DNA of 63,057 bases, filler included, from Octopus bimaculoides (GCF_001194135.2; 5 parts of 5 records of this genome joined end to end with filler, not necessarily neighbours in it); one strand, 5' to 3'; numbered from the whole stretch's first letter, positions 12,444 through 24,419 are shown. Notes: generated by a model from the sequence alone, not told the origin. Made by a program: numbers and translations.

Positions 12444-12609
12444 AGGCGCTGGCATGGCTGTCTGGTAAGACGGCTTGTTTAGCAACCACATGGTTTTAGC
12501 TTCAGTCTCATTATGCAGCACCATAGACAATTGTCTTCTACTATGGTATCAGGCCGATCAATGCCTTGTGAATGAATTTGGTAGATGGTAACTCTGAGGA
12601 AGCCCATAG

Positions 12610-12640
<31 letters not shown>

Positions 12641-12840
12641 TTGTATTTGTACCACCACCATCATTTGACAAACAGTGTTGGTCTGCATAGCTTAGTAGTT
12701 CGGTTAAAACACCAGAAGCATAAGTACCAGAATTAAAAGTAAGTACTGGGGCGATTTGTTCACTTGAACACTTCAAGGCGGTGTCCCAACAGGGCCGCAG
12801 TCCAATGACTGGAACGAGTAAGAATTGAAGACAAAAGATA
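12444..12840 (+). mobile_element. Diverged full-length SINE family A
   Basis: Collinear with the 10152 copy. Confidence 0.85.
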
Positions 12841-13371
12841 CAGTGAAGAAAATGCTATTGATTTTGGCTTTCAGCTGTTTACCGTACGTAAATATATGTA
12901 TTAGTCTTGATATGAAGTACCTAGCGAATTATAAAACTTATTTTTAGGTAAGAAGTCCTCTACATATTCCACTGCGCAAGAGCTCGGTGTTGACTAAATT
13001 GAACATGCGCGAAATTCGCCGTTACGCGCGTGCGCACACACACGTTCACGCGCACGCATATATATGCATTGCAAGGATTTTGAGTGAGATTCCAAGCGTT
13101 TTGCATGTACAAATATCAGTTTATTAGACGTATGTAGTGCGAAGAGCCGTTGTACAAATCTGTTTAACCCGTCATGATAGCGAATACACACACACACACA
13201 CACACACATATCGGAGAAAAGGTGCAGTGATGCGTGATACGTAACCTAAGATCGGGTTGAGTACTAGGTTCCACATTCCACTCCAGTATCCAGTGTAGCA
13301 CGACGCGGGACATCAGCCGCGAGATAGGTTAGTGTGCGGGATACAAGCCTAATAAAAGACATAATAAACAT

Positions 13372-13596
13372 AATACTGGTATGTTATTCAATGTTGTATA
13401 CACGCGTTTCATCAACATACAGTAATTTCTTAACAGCTGTAGAAACATTATGCTACTTTGCACTACTCCTCACTTGTCCGCAATAGATTTATTGCGGACA
13501 TTATATTGCATTATGGCTCCACAACTTGAATGTAGTTATTACGGCATATTGATGAAACGCATGTATGTCCTATAGAGTATTGAATATTATACCTGT
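13372..13596. repeat. About 225-bp imperfect foldback with a central perfect 11-bp hairpin
   Basis: ATACACGCGTTTCATCAACATACAGTAAT vs reverse complement of ATTACGGCATATTGATGAAACGCATGTAT; centre TGTCCGCAATA-GATT-TATTGCGGACA (13475-13500). Confidence 0.75.
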
Positions 13597-13904
13597 TTTC
13601 TCTATATTATTATACACACACATACACACACACACTATGTTTATATGCATATACTTCACTTTTGATTTGAATGCCTGTTTTTGATCACATTATCACGCTG
13701 ATTCTGTCGCAGGATTTGATGAGAAGCTCGGTCGGAGGAGAAAAAGAAAACAATATCTTCACATCGGAAACCCGATAGGAATACTTACAGCGGTATTAGT
13801 TTTGCAAAAAGCACCGATGGGCCAAATATTTGTTTTAAACCTGATGACGGGTTACGTTTATCACCCAACAGCACGACGTGTTTCTCTATGACAAGCTGGC
13901 CGCT

Positions 13905-14058
13905 TCACTATTTTCGTTTTCCATATTTCATTCACGAGACTTTGGTTGACCCGACGGTGCGGTAGAAATCATCTGTTCAAGCTTCCACATACCAGGTTCG
14001 AACCCAAAAACCACATACATGTGAGATGAATTTCTTAACCACATAGCCATGTTTGCAC
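13905..14058 (-). mobile_element. Old SINE A head
   Basis: Reverse complement GGTGCAAACATGGCTATGTGGTTAAG...GGGTTCGAACC. Confidence 0.6.
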
Positions 14059-15475
14059 CCATTACTTTAAGAGGAAAAGTGTTTGTAGAATACTCAGTCA
14101 GACATTTACTATAAGTCAGTGAGTAGTTTGTTCCGTGAACGAAACATCTAGATTGTTGGTTTATGATTTCCGCGGGAAGATTTTATCACTTGCTTTCACA
14201 CGGTGAAGAAGGATTCTCCGTCGGTTTCGGTGATGAGTCAAGAATTTTTCATCAACTAAAAGTCGAATTTGTTAAATTAACATGTTAGTGTATAAGTTTT
14301 CCCCAAACGCCTCTATCCCAAGCATAACTTCCAAGTTGAATTATCGAGCTACAATGTGTGACAATACAATAGTTTTGAATTAGAATCCATGTGACAGGTA
14401 ATGAACGATTCCTGACCAAGTTGCCATGCGGTGGATTGAACCTGAGTGCTTATAGTTGCGAAGTGAACTGAGTATTCTTACACACTACTACTCAATACGA
14501 ATTAAAAAGCAGGGTCAGAAAAGAAAAGAGGAAAAAAAATCTAAAGAAAATTTAGGTCTGTTTTCGATTTTCTATAGTATATATGTAGTATGTCTATCGT
14601 CAGAAGGTCGCGCTACGGCAAAAAAAAAACAAAAAAAAACATCGTTATCTCCCACCAGTTTTGGATATTTTTTCTTTAAACTTTTCTTCTGAAATAAGCT
14701 TCAGATTAATCTCCCCTTCTCGCCAAAGATTTCTCTCAACTGTTCATATCTCCAGACTATTTACGTCAGTTAATAATATATCTGTCTCTTAGCATATCCG
14801 TTTTATTTTTACTTTTTATTATATTTATTTATTTTGGGCTGTAATTCCTTGCTCTGATATCAAATTGTTATAGCGTCTGAATCTGAGAGATGATAATTTT
14901 CGTTACTTGTATTTTGTTGATATTTTTGTTGTTTTTGACAACGTTTCTTATCGTTAGTTTATTAAAATGTTGTTTAGCCCAAGAGACCCTGATCGAGCAG
15001 ATCTAAGAAACGATCTCGTCCATTTTTGTTTTTCTTAAAGAGACTCTATTTTAGAGTACATTATCCAAAATATCTTTGATTTTTTTTTAAAGGATCTTTG
15101 ACTACAATTTCTGGCTGGTTAAGCATACCCATAATGACTCCATCTTTGACTCATATACTATAGAGTGTTACCATTAAAAATGAATGTACACTTGCATTGT
15201 TGCTGTGGGCGATGTTGTTGTGTAATCCCTGGTCAGCCAGTAGACCTACACCATACGACTAATCTATCCAACAGCTGCTATGATCCACAAATATAATACT
15301 CCAAATATATTATACTAGTGATCGGTCTTCAGTGCAAAAGGTTAATGTATGGTTACAAAAATATGGCATACAAACTATCTAGTATAACAGGAATATTGCA
15401 GTCAGGTGTCAGTCCTATACGTCTCTGTATATCTGTTGATTCAGGTAGTGGTAGCCGTTGAAAAGGGCTAGGAAG

Positions 15476-16003
15476 CAAAGGCGTAGCTAGGTTCTAAAGT
15501 CAGGAGGAGGATCACATAAAAAGGGCTCCGTGATACATAAACAATTTTAAACTCATTTCTCTTATATTGGTTTCAAATTTTGGCACAAGGCCAGAAATTT
15601 AGGTAGAGGAGCCGAGTCGATTACATCGACCCCAGTGCTCAACTGTTACTTATTCTATTGACCCCGAAGGGATGAAAGATAAAGTCGACCTTGGTGGAAT
15701 TTGAACTCAGAAAGTAAGGACGGACGAAATGCAGCTAAATATTTTACTCAGCCGGCTAAAGATTTTACCTGCTCTTCATGTCTCTTATATTACTCAAAAT
15801 ATTTCCTTAGTTGCAATATACGTTATTGTATTCTACATTCATTAATTTCATGTTTCAGTAAGAATGTCATTAGATATGAAACTTACAACTACTGATATAG
15901 GTAACTAAAGTATTAAAAACAATTGTTGAAAAGTCGCCAATTTTGAAAAATATGCTTGGAAGGAGCGGTCACTCCCTTATCTCCCCTATTATCTACGTCA
16001 CTG
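15476..16003. mobile_element. Degenerate MITE with CAGTGGCGTAGCTAGG-type TIRs (PIF/Harbinger-like), interrupted by a SINE B
   Basis: Left CAAAGGCGTAGCTAGG; right end reverse complement CAGTGACGTAGATAAT. Confidence 0.5.
15564..15786 (-). mobile_element. SINE family B with an 11-bp target-site duplication
   Basis: TCTCTTATATT at 15558-15568 and 15781-15791 flanks the copy. Confidence 0.88.
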
Positions 16004-16056
16004 CTTGGTAGTAAGTGCAGGGCAGCTTTTCCATCACTGTCACAACAGCGAAAAGC

Positions 16057-16107
16057 TGTGAGAATTAGACGTCTTTATTAGAAAATAAAGACGTCTAATT
16101 TCTCACA
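16057..16107. repeat. Near-perfect 23-bp-stem hairpin
   Basis: TGTGAGAATTAGACGTCTTTATT-AGAA-AATAAAGACGTCTAATTTCTCACA (one bulged T). Confidence 0.9.
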
Positions 16108-16348
16108 ACTAGTTATTCTTTAAATGATATTATTCTTTGTATATTACTGGTACACATTTTATCGATACATCCTCCCTCCTCCTTGTTGTGTGGGGATGGA
16201 AAGCAAAATCGGTTGGTGAGATCCAATCTCAGAATTAATTCGAGCGAAACTAAATATTAAGCGAGATGTTTTGTTTGCTGCTTTTGCTTTCCGTTGTGGG
16301 TTTTCTTTTATCAAGCACCACTACTTACTAATGAGGGATCCTTTGCAT

Positions 16349-16597
16349 CAGTGGTTCTCAACCAGGGTACATATGAATCTTCTAGGTCTATATAAGGTTT
16401 TGGTGGTAAAATTCATGTGCAATAAAATGGTTATATTTCTACAATACACAGAATATTTGAATTTTCTTATACAATTCCTGATAGTATTTAATAATATATA
16501 ATAATTATTAATTGACTATAATAATAGGATTTTTTAAAACATCGAATGGTTATGAGGAACGAATAAAACAGGAATCCAGAGAGTCCATAGGTAAAAA
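16349..16597. mobile_element. hAT (Charlie-like) MITE remnant
   Basis: Starts CAGTGGTTCTCAACC, a typical hAT/Charlie terminus; right end eroded. Confidence 0.55.
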
Positions 16598-17399
16598 GTG
16601 GGCAATATTAAAAAAGAACGCCCAATCTATATTAAACCGGATATAAAATTCAGGGTGGTCGGAGTTAGAATGTTTTTAATCGTAAGTTTAATCGATTTAG
16701 CTAGACCTAGAGAGAATTAAACAGTCACTTAAAGTATATTTCTTTATATATTTTCAGTACAGAGAAATCAGAATTACTTCTCCAAAATTAATTAAATTTT
16801 GCTTTTCACTTGTACACATCTCATAAAAGATCTGTAAGCAGAAACATTATTCATTTTACGAGTGTGTAAACCAGAAACGAGCATTAAATTAACATAATTT
16901 TCTTCCCGACAGATTTTCTTCGCTGATATTATGTTGACCCACTCATTATCCAACTCCAATTCACGTTTACTGAAAGGAATTATATCACAATAACGTCAAC
17001 TTACTGTTTGCCAATGGCTTTATGAATACATTATCTCCATGCTATGTTTGCCGATGTATTTACCAAAAGCACATCCAGCCGCAAGTTTGCCAACATATTA
17101 CCATACTACCGCTAACTCTGTTTGACTATGGATTATCACTGCAACCCACGCCCTGTGTTTAATAATTTTTTTTCTTCTTTAAACTGGGATCGAAGTTGTT
17201 TTTTCCTCTTTCTGGAGTTGATAAAATAGATACATTGCTTTGTTTTGAGTTGTCATTTCCTTTTGGATTCGAGAGGACTGCGTCGACATACAGGACATGT
17301 TTTGGGCAGCTTAAAACTGCTGCTGCTAGTGCCTATTCTTCTCCACGTCTGATCACAAATAAATTCTTCCTGTGAAATGAAGAACAACAACAACAACAA

Positions 17400-17581
17400 A
17401 AAATGTTTAGCAGCATTTCGTCTATCTTCGCGTTCCGAGTTTAAATTACGCTGAGTTCAACTTTGCATTCATCCAATCGGGGCCAATAAAAAAAGTATTA
17501 GTTGAACACTGGGGTCGATGTAATCGACTTGCCTATTTCCCCGTAATTGCTGGTCTTGTGCCAAAATTTGAAATCAATATG
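17400..17581 (+). mobile_element. 5'-truncated SINE B
   Basis: CTGGGGTCGATGTAATCGACT followed by the CCAAAATTTGAAATCAATAT tail. Confidence 0.85.
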
Positions 17582-17902
17582 AATAAGTATTTTCTTTCGT
17601 TAAGACAACGTACAGTAGTTTCTCACATCGACAAAAATCCTCAGGGGCTTTAAATGATAGACCTATCCACGGCAATTTTTATGAGAATTATGGGGAGGAG
17701 ATAAAAAGGAATATCGAGAACTGCCACTGCGCTCCACTTGAAAGGAAGTAATTTATTACGAGTATTTTACTGATCGACCATTCGCCTATCGGAATACCAA
17801 CTAAAAGAAAACCATGGTGACGTTACATATATGTACGTGTGTGTGTATATAGGTTTTAGAGCTCTATATACTGCTGTCGTTTTGTCATGTATATGTACAT
17901 AC

Positions 17903-17955
<53 letters not shown>

Positions 17956-17981
17956 ATATGTATGTATGAATACATACATCA

Positions 17982-18120
17982 TGGCACTCCGTCGGTTACC
18001 ACGACGAGGGTTCCAGTTGATCCGATCAACGGAACAGCCTGCTCGTGAAATTAACGTGCAAGTGGCTGAGCACTCCACAGACACGTGTACCCTTAACGTA
18101 GTTCTCGGGGAGATTCAGCG
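17982..18120 (-). mobile_element. SINE family D 3' portion
   Basis: Reverse complement of 44550-44700 (GCAGGCTGTTCCGTTGATCGGA...GACGGAGTGCCA). Confidence 0.8.
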
Positions 18121-18593
18121 ATTGTTTTGTTACACCCTAAAATGTATTTTCATCTCACAGAGTTCATTGTTAAATATATTTTAGAGATAGTAAGATTTTG
18201 GGGTGAAGTTCTCAATTCCTCATAAAGTTACCAGCTGTAAATTTCAAATTTCCAAAACTACAGGAATGGAAAAAGAAAAAACAAAGGATAAAAATACAGA
18301 AAAAATAAATAAAAACAGAACAGAAGCAATAAAAGAGAAGTATTAAAGAAAGCAGCAACTGTTTTATTTCTTAAAAGGTGTTTTCTTTCTATCGTTATAT
18401 TCAAATTCCAACGCCGTTTTTTGAAGGATGAAAGTGAAAAAAGAAAATGTTTAAGTGATAGAAATACAAATTCTTTGTGAATTTTGAGGCTTATTTCATA
18501 AATTGACAAGTAGGTTCGTCATTAGAGTACCAGAAAGGTTTTTCTTATTCTTTTGTCAAAATTAATCTTTTTATCTGTTGTTGGATTCAATCG

Positions 18594-18693
18594 NNNNNNN
18601 NNNNNNNNNNNNNNNNNNNNNNNNNNNNNNNNNNNNNTTAATTAATTAANNNNNNNNNNNNNNNNNNNNNNNNNNNNNNNNNNNNNNNNNNNN
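18594..18693. other. Artificial scaffold spacer 44N-TTAATTAATTAA-44N
   Basis: Exactly 100 nt; same structure at 34662, 45576 and 47859. Confidence 0.97.
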
Positions 18694-19153
18694 TATATAT
18701 ATATATATATATATGCGTGCATAGATAAATAATAGGAAATGGATTGAACAGTATTCTTTATTAAGAACACAATTGTTTCAAATCATTTTTTTTACACTGG
18801 TGAGATGAAATGTGATATTGTTAACATGTGTAAGATACACTTTTTCATGTGATAGTTTTAAATAAGCCCTTCAGTAGATCCTACAGTAATTTCACTCAGT
18901 TTGAGAATGCCTGCCCAAAGGGAGTGTGTTATTTTTTGGAGTTCACAGACCAAATTGAAGCCATAGATATAGTCATAGACACGAAATACAATTACAACCA
19001 AAATACAAAACACTGAAAAAAAGAGACAGACATGCTTTGTATAGTATGCTACAAAGTTTTTGAATTTTATTTAACTCTACGTGTATACAGATAGTGTTGA
19101 CTGGACCAGAAATGAATATTTTTATTTTGGTCAAATCAGTCTCTTACTACAAA

Positions 19154-19382
19154 CGTTAGCGCGCCGGGCGAAATGCTTAGCGGTATTTCGTCTGCCGTTA
19201 TGTTCTGAGTTCAAATTCCGCCGAGGTCGACTTTGCCTTTCATCCTTTCGGGGTTGATAAATTAAGTGCCAGTTACGCACTGGGGTCGATGTAATCGACT
19301 TAATCCCTTTGTCTGTCCTTGTTTGTCCCCTCTATGTTTGGCCCCTTGTGGGCGATAAAGAAATAAATATTATTATTATTAG
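19154..19382 (+). mobile_element. Young SINE B with third tail type (...CCCCTCTATGTTT..GCCCCTTGTGGGC.ATAAAGAAATA)
   Basis: Nearly identical to 28438-28690. Confidence 0.93.
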
Positions 19383-19440
19383 TCTCCACTATGGTATTGA
19401 GTACACTTTCTTCTGACAGCTAACACTAACCATACATACT

Positions 19441-19610
19441 GCCGTCGTCGTCGTCATCATCATCATCATCATCATGTCTGTTTTCTGTGTGGGCGTGGGT
19501 TGGATGGAACTGGCAAGCCGGAGGGCTGCATCAGGCTCCATTTGTCTGTTTTGGGCATGGTTGCCACGGCTGTATGCCCTTCTTAACATCAACCTAGTGG
19601 TTGATAGGTT
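19441..19610 (-). mobile_element. Family C retroposon 3' end with (GAT)n tail
   Basis: Reverse complement contains AAGGGCATACAGCCG...CCAACCCACGCC...(GAT)n. Confidence 0.7.
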
Positions 19611-20163
19611 GATGTTAAGAAGGTGTGGGAGTGTGATGTAAGAAGTGAAGTAATTGTACCGTGGGTAGAAGAAAGGGGTGAGTGGGGGCAGGGTGAGTGA
19701 AGGAAGGTGAGTTAGGAAACAGTTAAGGGGTATCACAAGTGAGCGGTAGCAAATGGAAGCTTAACAAGGATATTTTAGGCAATAAGCCCAAATGATGATA
19801 ATGATGATGACACTGGGGTGAATGTAATCGTTCCCCCCCCCCCCCCGAAAATTTCAGGAGAACCAGGAACGTTCAATTTTCCATGATTGCATAGGTTGAA
19901 TGGAATTTTATTGAAGCAGGATTTCCTTGGTCTGATGTCCTTCCTGTTGCCAAGTAACCTAACTGTTTGTTCCCTGTGACCAGACATGTTTTCATGCAAG
20001 ATTGCAAACAATGGACTCCACCTATATGATGTTCATACTCGTTTATAACTAACATGACATGTCAAGACAAGAAGACATAAATGTACACACAAACACACAC
20101 ATGCATGTGCATAAACACTCTCACACACACATACACAAACACACATACACACACACACACACA

Positions 20164-20310
20164 CTGGTTTTCTTTCACTTTCTATACACCAAATCTACTC
20201 ACTAAGCTTTGTTTGGCCCAGGGTTACAATAGAAGATACCTGCCCAAGGTGCCATGCAGTGGGACTGAACCTGGTATCTAGTGGGTGTGATGTAAGCTTC
20301 TTAATCACCC
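20164..20310 (-). mobile_element. SINE A head/core
   Basis: Reverse complement GGTTCAGTCCCACTGCATGGCACCTTGGGCAGG. Confidence 0.8.
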
Positions 20311-20367
20311 AATAAAAAAATGATAAATAGTGAATAGAGTAAGAAGTAGGAAAAAATGGTGAACTGG

Positions 20368-20915
20368 TGCAGAGGTGGCTGTGTGGTAAGAAGTTTGCTT
20401 TCCAATCATATGGTTTTGGGTTCAGTCCTACTGTATGATACCTTGGTCAAGTGTCTCCTACAATAGCCTTGGTCCAACTAAAACTTTGTGAGTGGATTTG
20501 GTAGATGGAAGCACAGGGGTGGCTGTGTGGTAATTTTTTTACTTCCCAATCACATGGTTCTGTGTTTGGTCCCACTGCATGGTACCTTGGGTGAGTGTCT
20601 TCTACTATGACCTCAGGATGACCAGAGCCTTGTGAGTGGATTTGGTAGATGGAAACTGAAAGAAGCCTATCATATATCGATATCTATCTGTGTGTGTGTG
20701 TGACTTTATGTCTGTGTTTGTACCTCCACCACTGCTTGATGACTAGTGTTGGTGTGTTTAACATCACTGTAATTTAGCAGTTCGGCAAAAGAGACCAATG
20801 GAGTAAGTGCCAGACTTAAAAAAAAGAACTGAAGTCTATTTCATTAAAAATTCTTCAAGGCTGTGCCCCAGCATGACCACAGACTAATGATTGAAACAAG
20901 TAAAGGGTAAACATA
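20368..20915 (+). mobile_element. SINE A head (20368-20511) followed directly by a full SINE A (20512-20915); CpG-decayed
   Basis: Two successive GGTGGCTGTGTGGTAA heads, one 3' half. Confidence 0.85.
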
Positions 20916-21121
20916 AAGAGGTTTAGGTATGTATCCTACCCTTCCATCACTGCCTTCATTTTAACACTCATTATGCCATTCTAGCATAGGTAATGTTGGT
21001 CTTCTCTAGCACTGTCTGTTTTTAATCCTTTTGATCATTAGTCATCTTCTTCATTCGTCACAGCATCTTGGGATTAGTTTTTACCACTCCATTCTGTGTT
21101 CTTCAAATTCGCCCTGTTGTA

Positions 21122-21290
21122 TCATCATCATCATCATCATCGTTTAACGTCCACCTTCCATGCTAGCATGGGTTGGACGATTTGACTGAGGACTGGTGAA
21201 CCAGATGGCTACACCAGGCTCCAATCTGATCTGGCAGAGTTTCTACAGCTGGATGCCCTTCCTAATGCCAACCACTCCAAAAAAGTGTAG
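21122..21290 (-). mobile_element. Family C retroposon 3' end
   Basis: (CAT)n-CGTTTAACGTCC...GCTGGATGCCCTTCCTAATGCCAACCAC; matches 29960-30123. Confidence 0.88.
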
Positions 21291-21317
21291 TTCTAGCTGG
21301 AAAATGAGAGCCTCTTT

Positions 21318-21978
21318 AAAATGTTTTCAAATTTTGGAACAAGACCAGTAGTTTTGGGGGCAGGGGTAAGTTGATTACATCAACACCAGTACTCGACAGG
21401 TTTCTATTTTATTGACCCCGAAAGGGCGAAAGTCAAAGTTGACCTTGGCAGATTTTGTACTCAGAATGTAAAGACAAATGAAATACCACTAAGCATTTTT
21501 GCCTGGCATATTAACGATTCTGCCAGCTCACCGCCTAAGGGCCTCTTAATAATCCTTTTTGCTATAGGCCTGAAATTTTGGGAGTGGGGTTAAGTTGATT
21601 ACATTGACCCCAGTATCCCACTGCTACTTGTTTTATCAACCCTGAAAGAATGAAAGTCAAAGTCAACCTTGGCGGGAATTTGAACCCAGAACGTAAGGAT
21701 GGATAGAATGCCACTAAGCATTTTGCTTGGTGAGTTAACGGTTCTTATTTCTTTATTGCCCACAAAGGGCTAAACATAGAGGGAACAAACAAGGACAGAC
21801 GAACGGATTAAGTCGATTACATCGACCCCAGTGCATAAATGGTACTTAATTTATCGACCCCGAAAGGATGATAGGCAAAGTCGACCTCGGCGGAATTTGA
21901 ACTCAGAACGTAACGGCAGACGAAATACCACTAAGCATTTCGCCCGGCGTGTTAATGATTCTTCCAGCTCACAGCCTC
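21318..21978 (-). mobile_element. Three stacked or nested SINE B copies
   Basis: Units about 21318-21540, 21560-21745, 21746-21978; AGGGCCTCTTAATAAT duplicated at about 21538 and 21978. Confidence 0.88.
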
Positions 21979-22486
21979 AGGGCCTCTTAATAATGAGAAT
22001 TGATACATGTAGGAATATGCAAATTTTTATATGCAAAACAGCAATTTACAATGGTGAGTGGAGGAGCTCTTCCAGCAAGAATATATTCTTGCTTTGAATA
22101 CTCCTTTGTTCTCATTTTTTTGCATAATTTTTGACTTCCAGTGCTGTAGTAGTAAAGCGTGCTCAATCCAAAACATTGGTGGTTCAAATGCATACAACAC
22201 AACCACTATCAGTATTTTCATTCAAAAACAAGCAGTAGTTTTTCGTGGCTTCCTGCCCCTTTTTTTTTTTTGTTATACTCAGGTCTCTGACCTTCCTGAT
22301 GCTCCCTCTTCCACTAGTTGTTGCCCTTCCCTTTGAATGCCCTGTTCTTCTTTGTACAGATGTCATCTTCCATAAGTTTCGTGAAGAGAAACCAATGCCA
22401 TCTTCTCTTTTGCATAAACATCAAATTTATCTTATGTCTTTTGTTCTTTTCACAGTTCATTTGTGTTATGCTGTTCGTGTATGCTA

Positions 22487-22655
22487 ATATTAATTTAAAA
22501 TTTGCAAAGGCCAGCGATTTTGGGGGAAGGGACGAGTCAGTTACATCAATCCCAATGTTCAACTGGTGCTTATTTTATCAACCCTGAAAGGATGGAAGGC
22601 AAAGTTGACCCTGGTGACATTTGAACTCAGAACATAAAGACGGACAAAATGTCAC
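22487..22655 (-). mobile_element. Partial SINE B
   Basis: Tail and central domain, CpG-decayed. Confidence 0.8.
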
Positions 22656-23174
22656 ATGTACCCTAATATTGCACAGCCAGTGAATGAGTGTGTGTATGTA
22701 TGTGTGTGTGTGTGTGTGTGCTTATCTTTGTGTACCTTCACGTAACATTGCTTGAGTAGTAATGAGTTTTTCTGTCTTACATAATATGTTCCATAGCTCT
22801 GTGATTCAATATGCAAACATCAATGGAATCAAGTACCTTACTTGAAAACAAACAAAGGTTGGTATCGGAAAGAGCATCCATCAGCAAAATGCTTTCTCAA
22901 ACATTCTCATCCAAACTATGCCAACATGGAAATAGTGGACATAGAATGATGATGATGATAACGACAGTGGTAACGAAAGCAGTGGCAATGACGATGATGA
23001 TGATACCTATACATATTACATGTAGGAGCTGTGTCGCTACCAGATGTCACCTTGGAAATCAAAGAGGTAATAGGTGTACTGCAGAACATACAAGCAGGAC
23101 TGGCATGGATATGGAACAAATGATTATTCAATCAGAATAATAAAGGCAGGAGAGAAATTGATATATTGAAGAAG

Positions 23175-23331
23175 CATGGGTATGGTTGTAGGGTTAAGAA
23201 GTTTGCTTCTCAACCATAATGTCCAAGATTTAATCTCATTGCATGGCACACGGGGCAAGTGTCTTCTAGTGTAGCCCCAGGCCCACTAAAACCTTGTGAG
23301 TGGATTTGGTTGATAGCCTGTTGTATGTATA

Positions 23332-23371
<40 letters not shown>

Positions 23372-23481
23372 TATCTTTGTGTACTTTCACATAACATTGC
23401 TTGAGCAGTAATGAGCTTTTCTGTCTTACATAATATGTTCCACAGATCCGTGATTCAATATGCAAACATCAATGGATGTTT

Positions 23482-23524
<43 letters not shown>

Positions 23525-23571
23525 TGTGTGTANNNNNNNNNNTGTGTGTGTGTGTGTGTGTATGTGTGTGT

Positions 23572-23603
<32 letters not shown>

Positions 23604-23845
23604 TTGTCTTCACTTTGCATGACAGCTGTAAACAAGAGTCATCAACATAAAAGTGGTATCCTTTGTTTCCAATCTTCCATGAAAATATGTCTGGTCATGG
23701 GGAAATAATACCATGTTTGGAAACAGGTAAAGGTTGCTGACAGGAAAAGCATTTGGTTGCAGAAAATCCACCTCACTAAATTCTGTCTCATCTATGAAAG
23801 CATGGAAAAGTGAACATAAAAAACAATGATGATGATGATGATGAT
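23175..23845 (+). mobile_element. Composite SINE: A-type head, internal (TG)n holding a captured 107-bp local segment, family-C-like 3' half ending (GAT)n
   Basis: Head matches family A; 3' half GGAAAAGCAT...AAAGCATGGAAAAGTGAACAT...(GAT)n. Confidence 0.65.
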
Positions 23846-23934
23846 GAAGTGAAGAAGTGTTTGACTAAAGAAGTAGGGTCACAAAACCAGTGTGTATGGG
23901 TAGCATAGAGAGTTGAAGAAAGGAAACTATCATA

Positions 23935-24105
23935 GGCGCAGGAGTGGCTGTGTGGTAAGTAGTTTGCTTACCAACCACATGGTTCCGGGTTCATTCCCAC
24001 TGCGTGGCACCTTGGGCAAGTGTCTTCTACTATAGCCTCGGGCCGACCAAAGCCTTGTGAGTGGATTTGGTAGACGGAAACTGAAAGAAGCCCGTTGTAT
24101 ATATG

Positions 24106-24136
<31 letters not shown>

Positions 24137-24352
24137 GTGTGTATATGTTTGTGTCTGTATTTGTCCCCCCAACATCGCTTGACAACCGATGCTGGTGTGT
24201 TTACGTCCCCCGTAACTTAGCGGTTCGGCAAAAGAGATCGATAGAATAAGTACTAGGCTTCCAAAGAATAGTACTGGGGTCGATTTGCGCTCGACTAAAA
24301 GGCGGTGCTCCAGCATGGCCGCAGTCAAATGACTGAAACAAGTAAAAGAGTA
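23935..24352 (+). mobile_element. Young full-length SINE A
   Basis: Near consensus; CpGs intact. Confidence 0.95.
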
Positions 24353-24419
24353 TAGAACAAGTTTTTAAAAACAGAACTATGCAAGTTGTGATGTGCTTCC
24401 ATTATTATTCAATATTTGA

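Noticed and set aside
13841-13885. CTGATGA-CGGGT...ACCC hammerhead-like start
   Set aside because: No GAAA after stem II and no valid NUH site.
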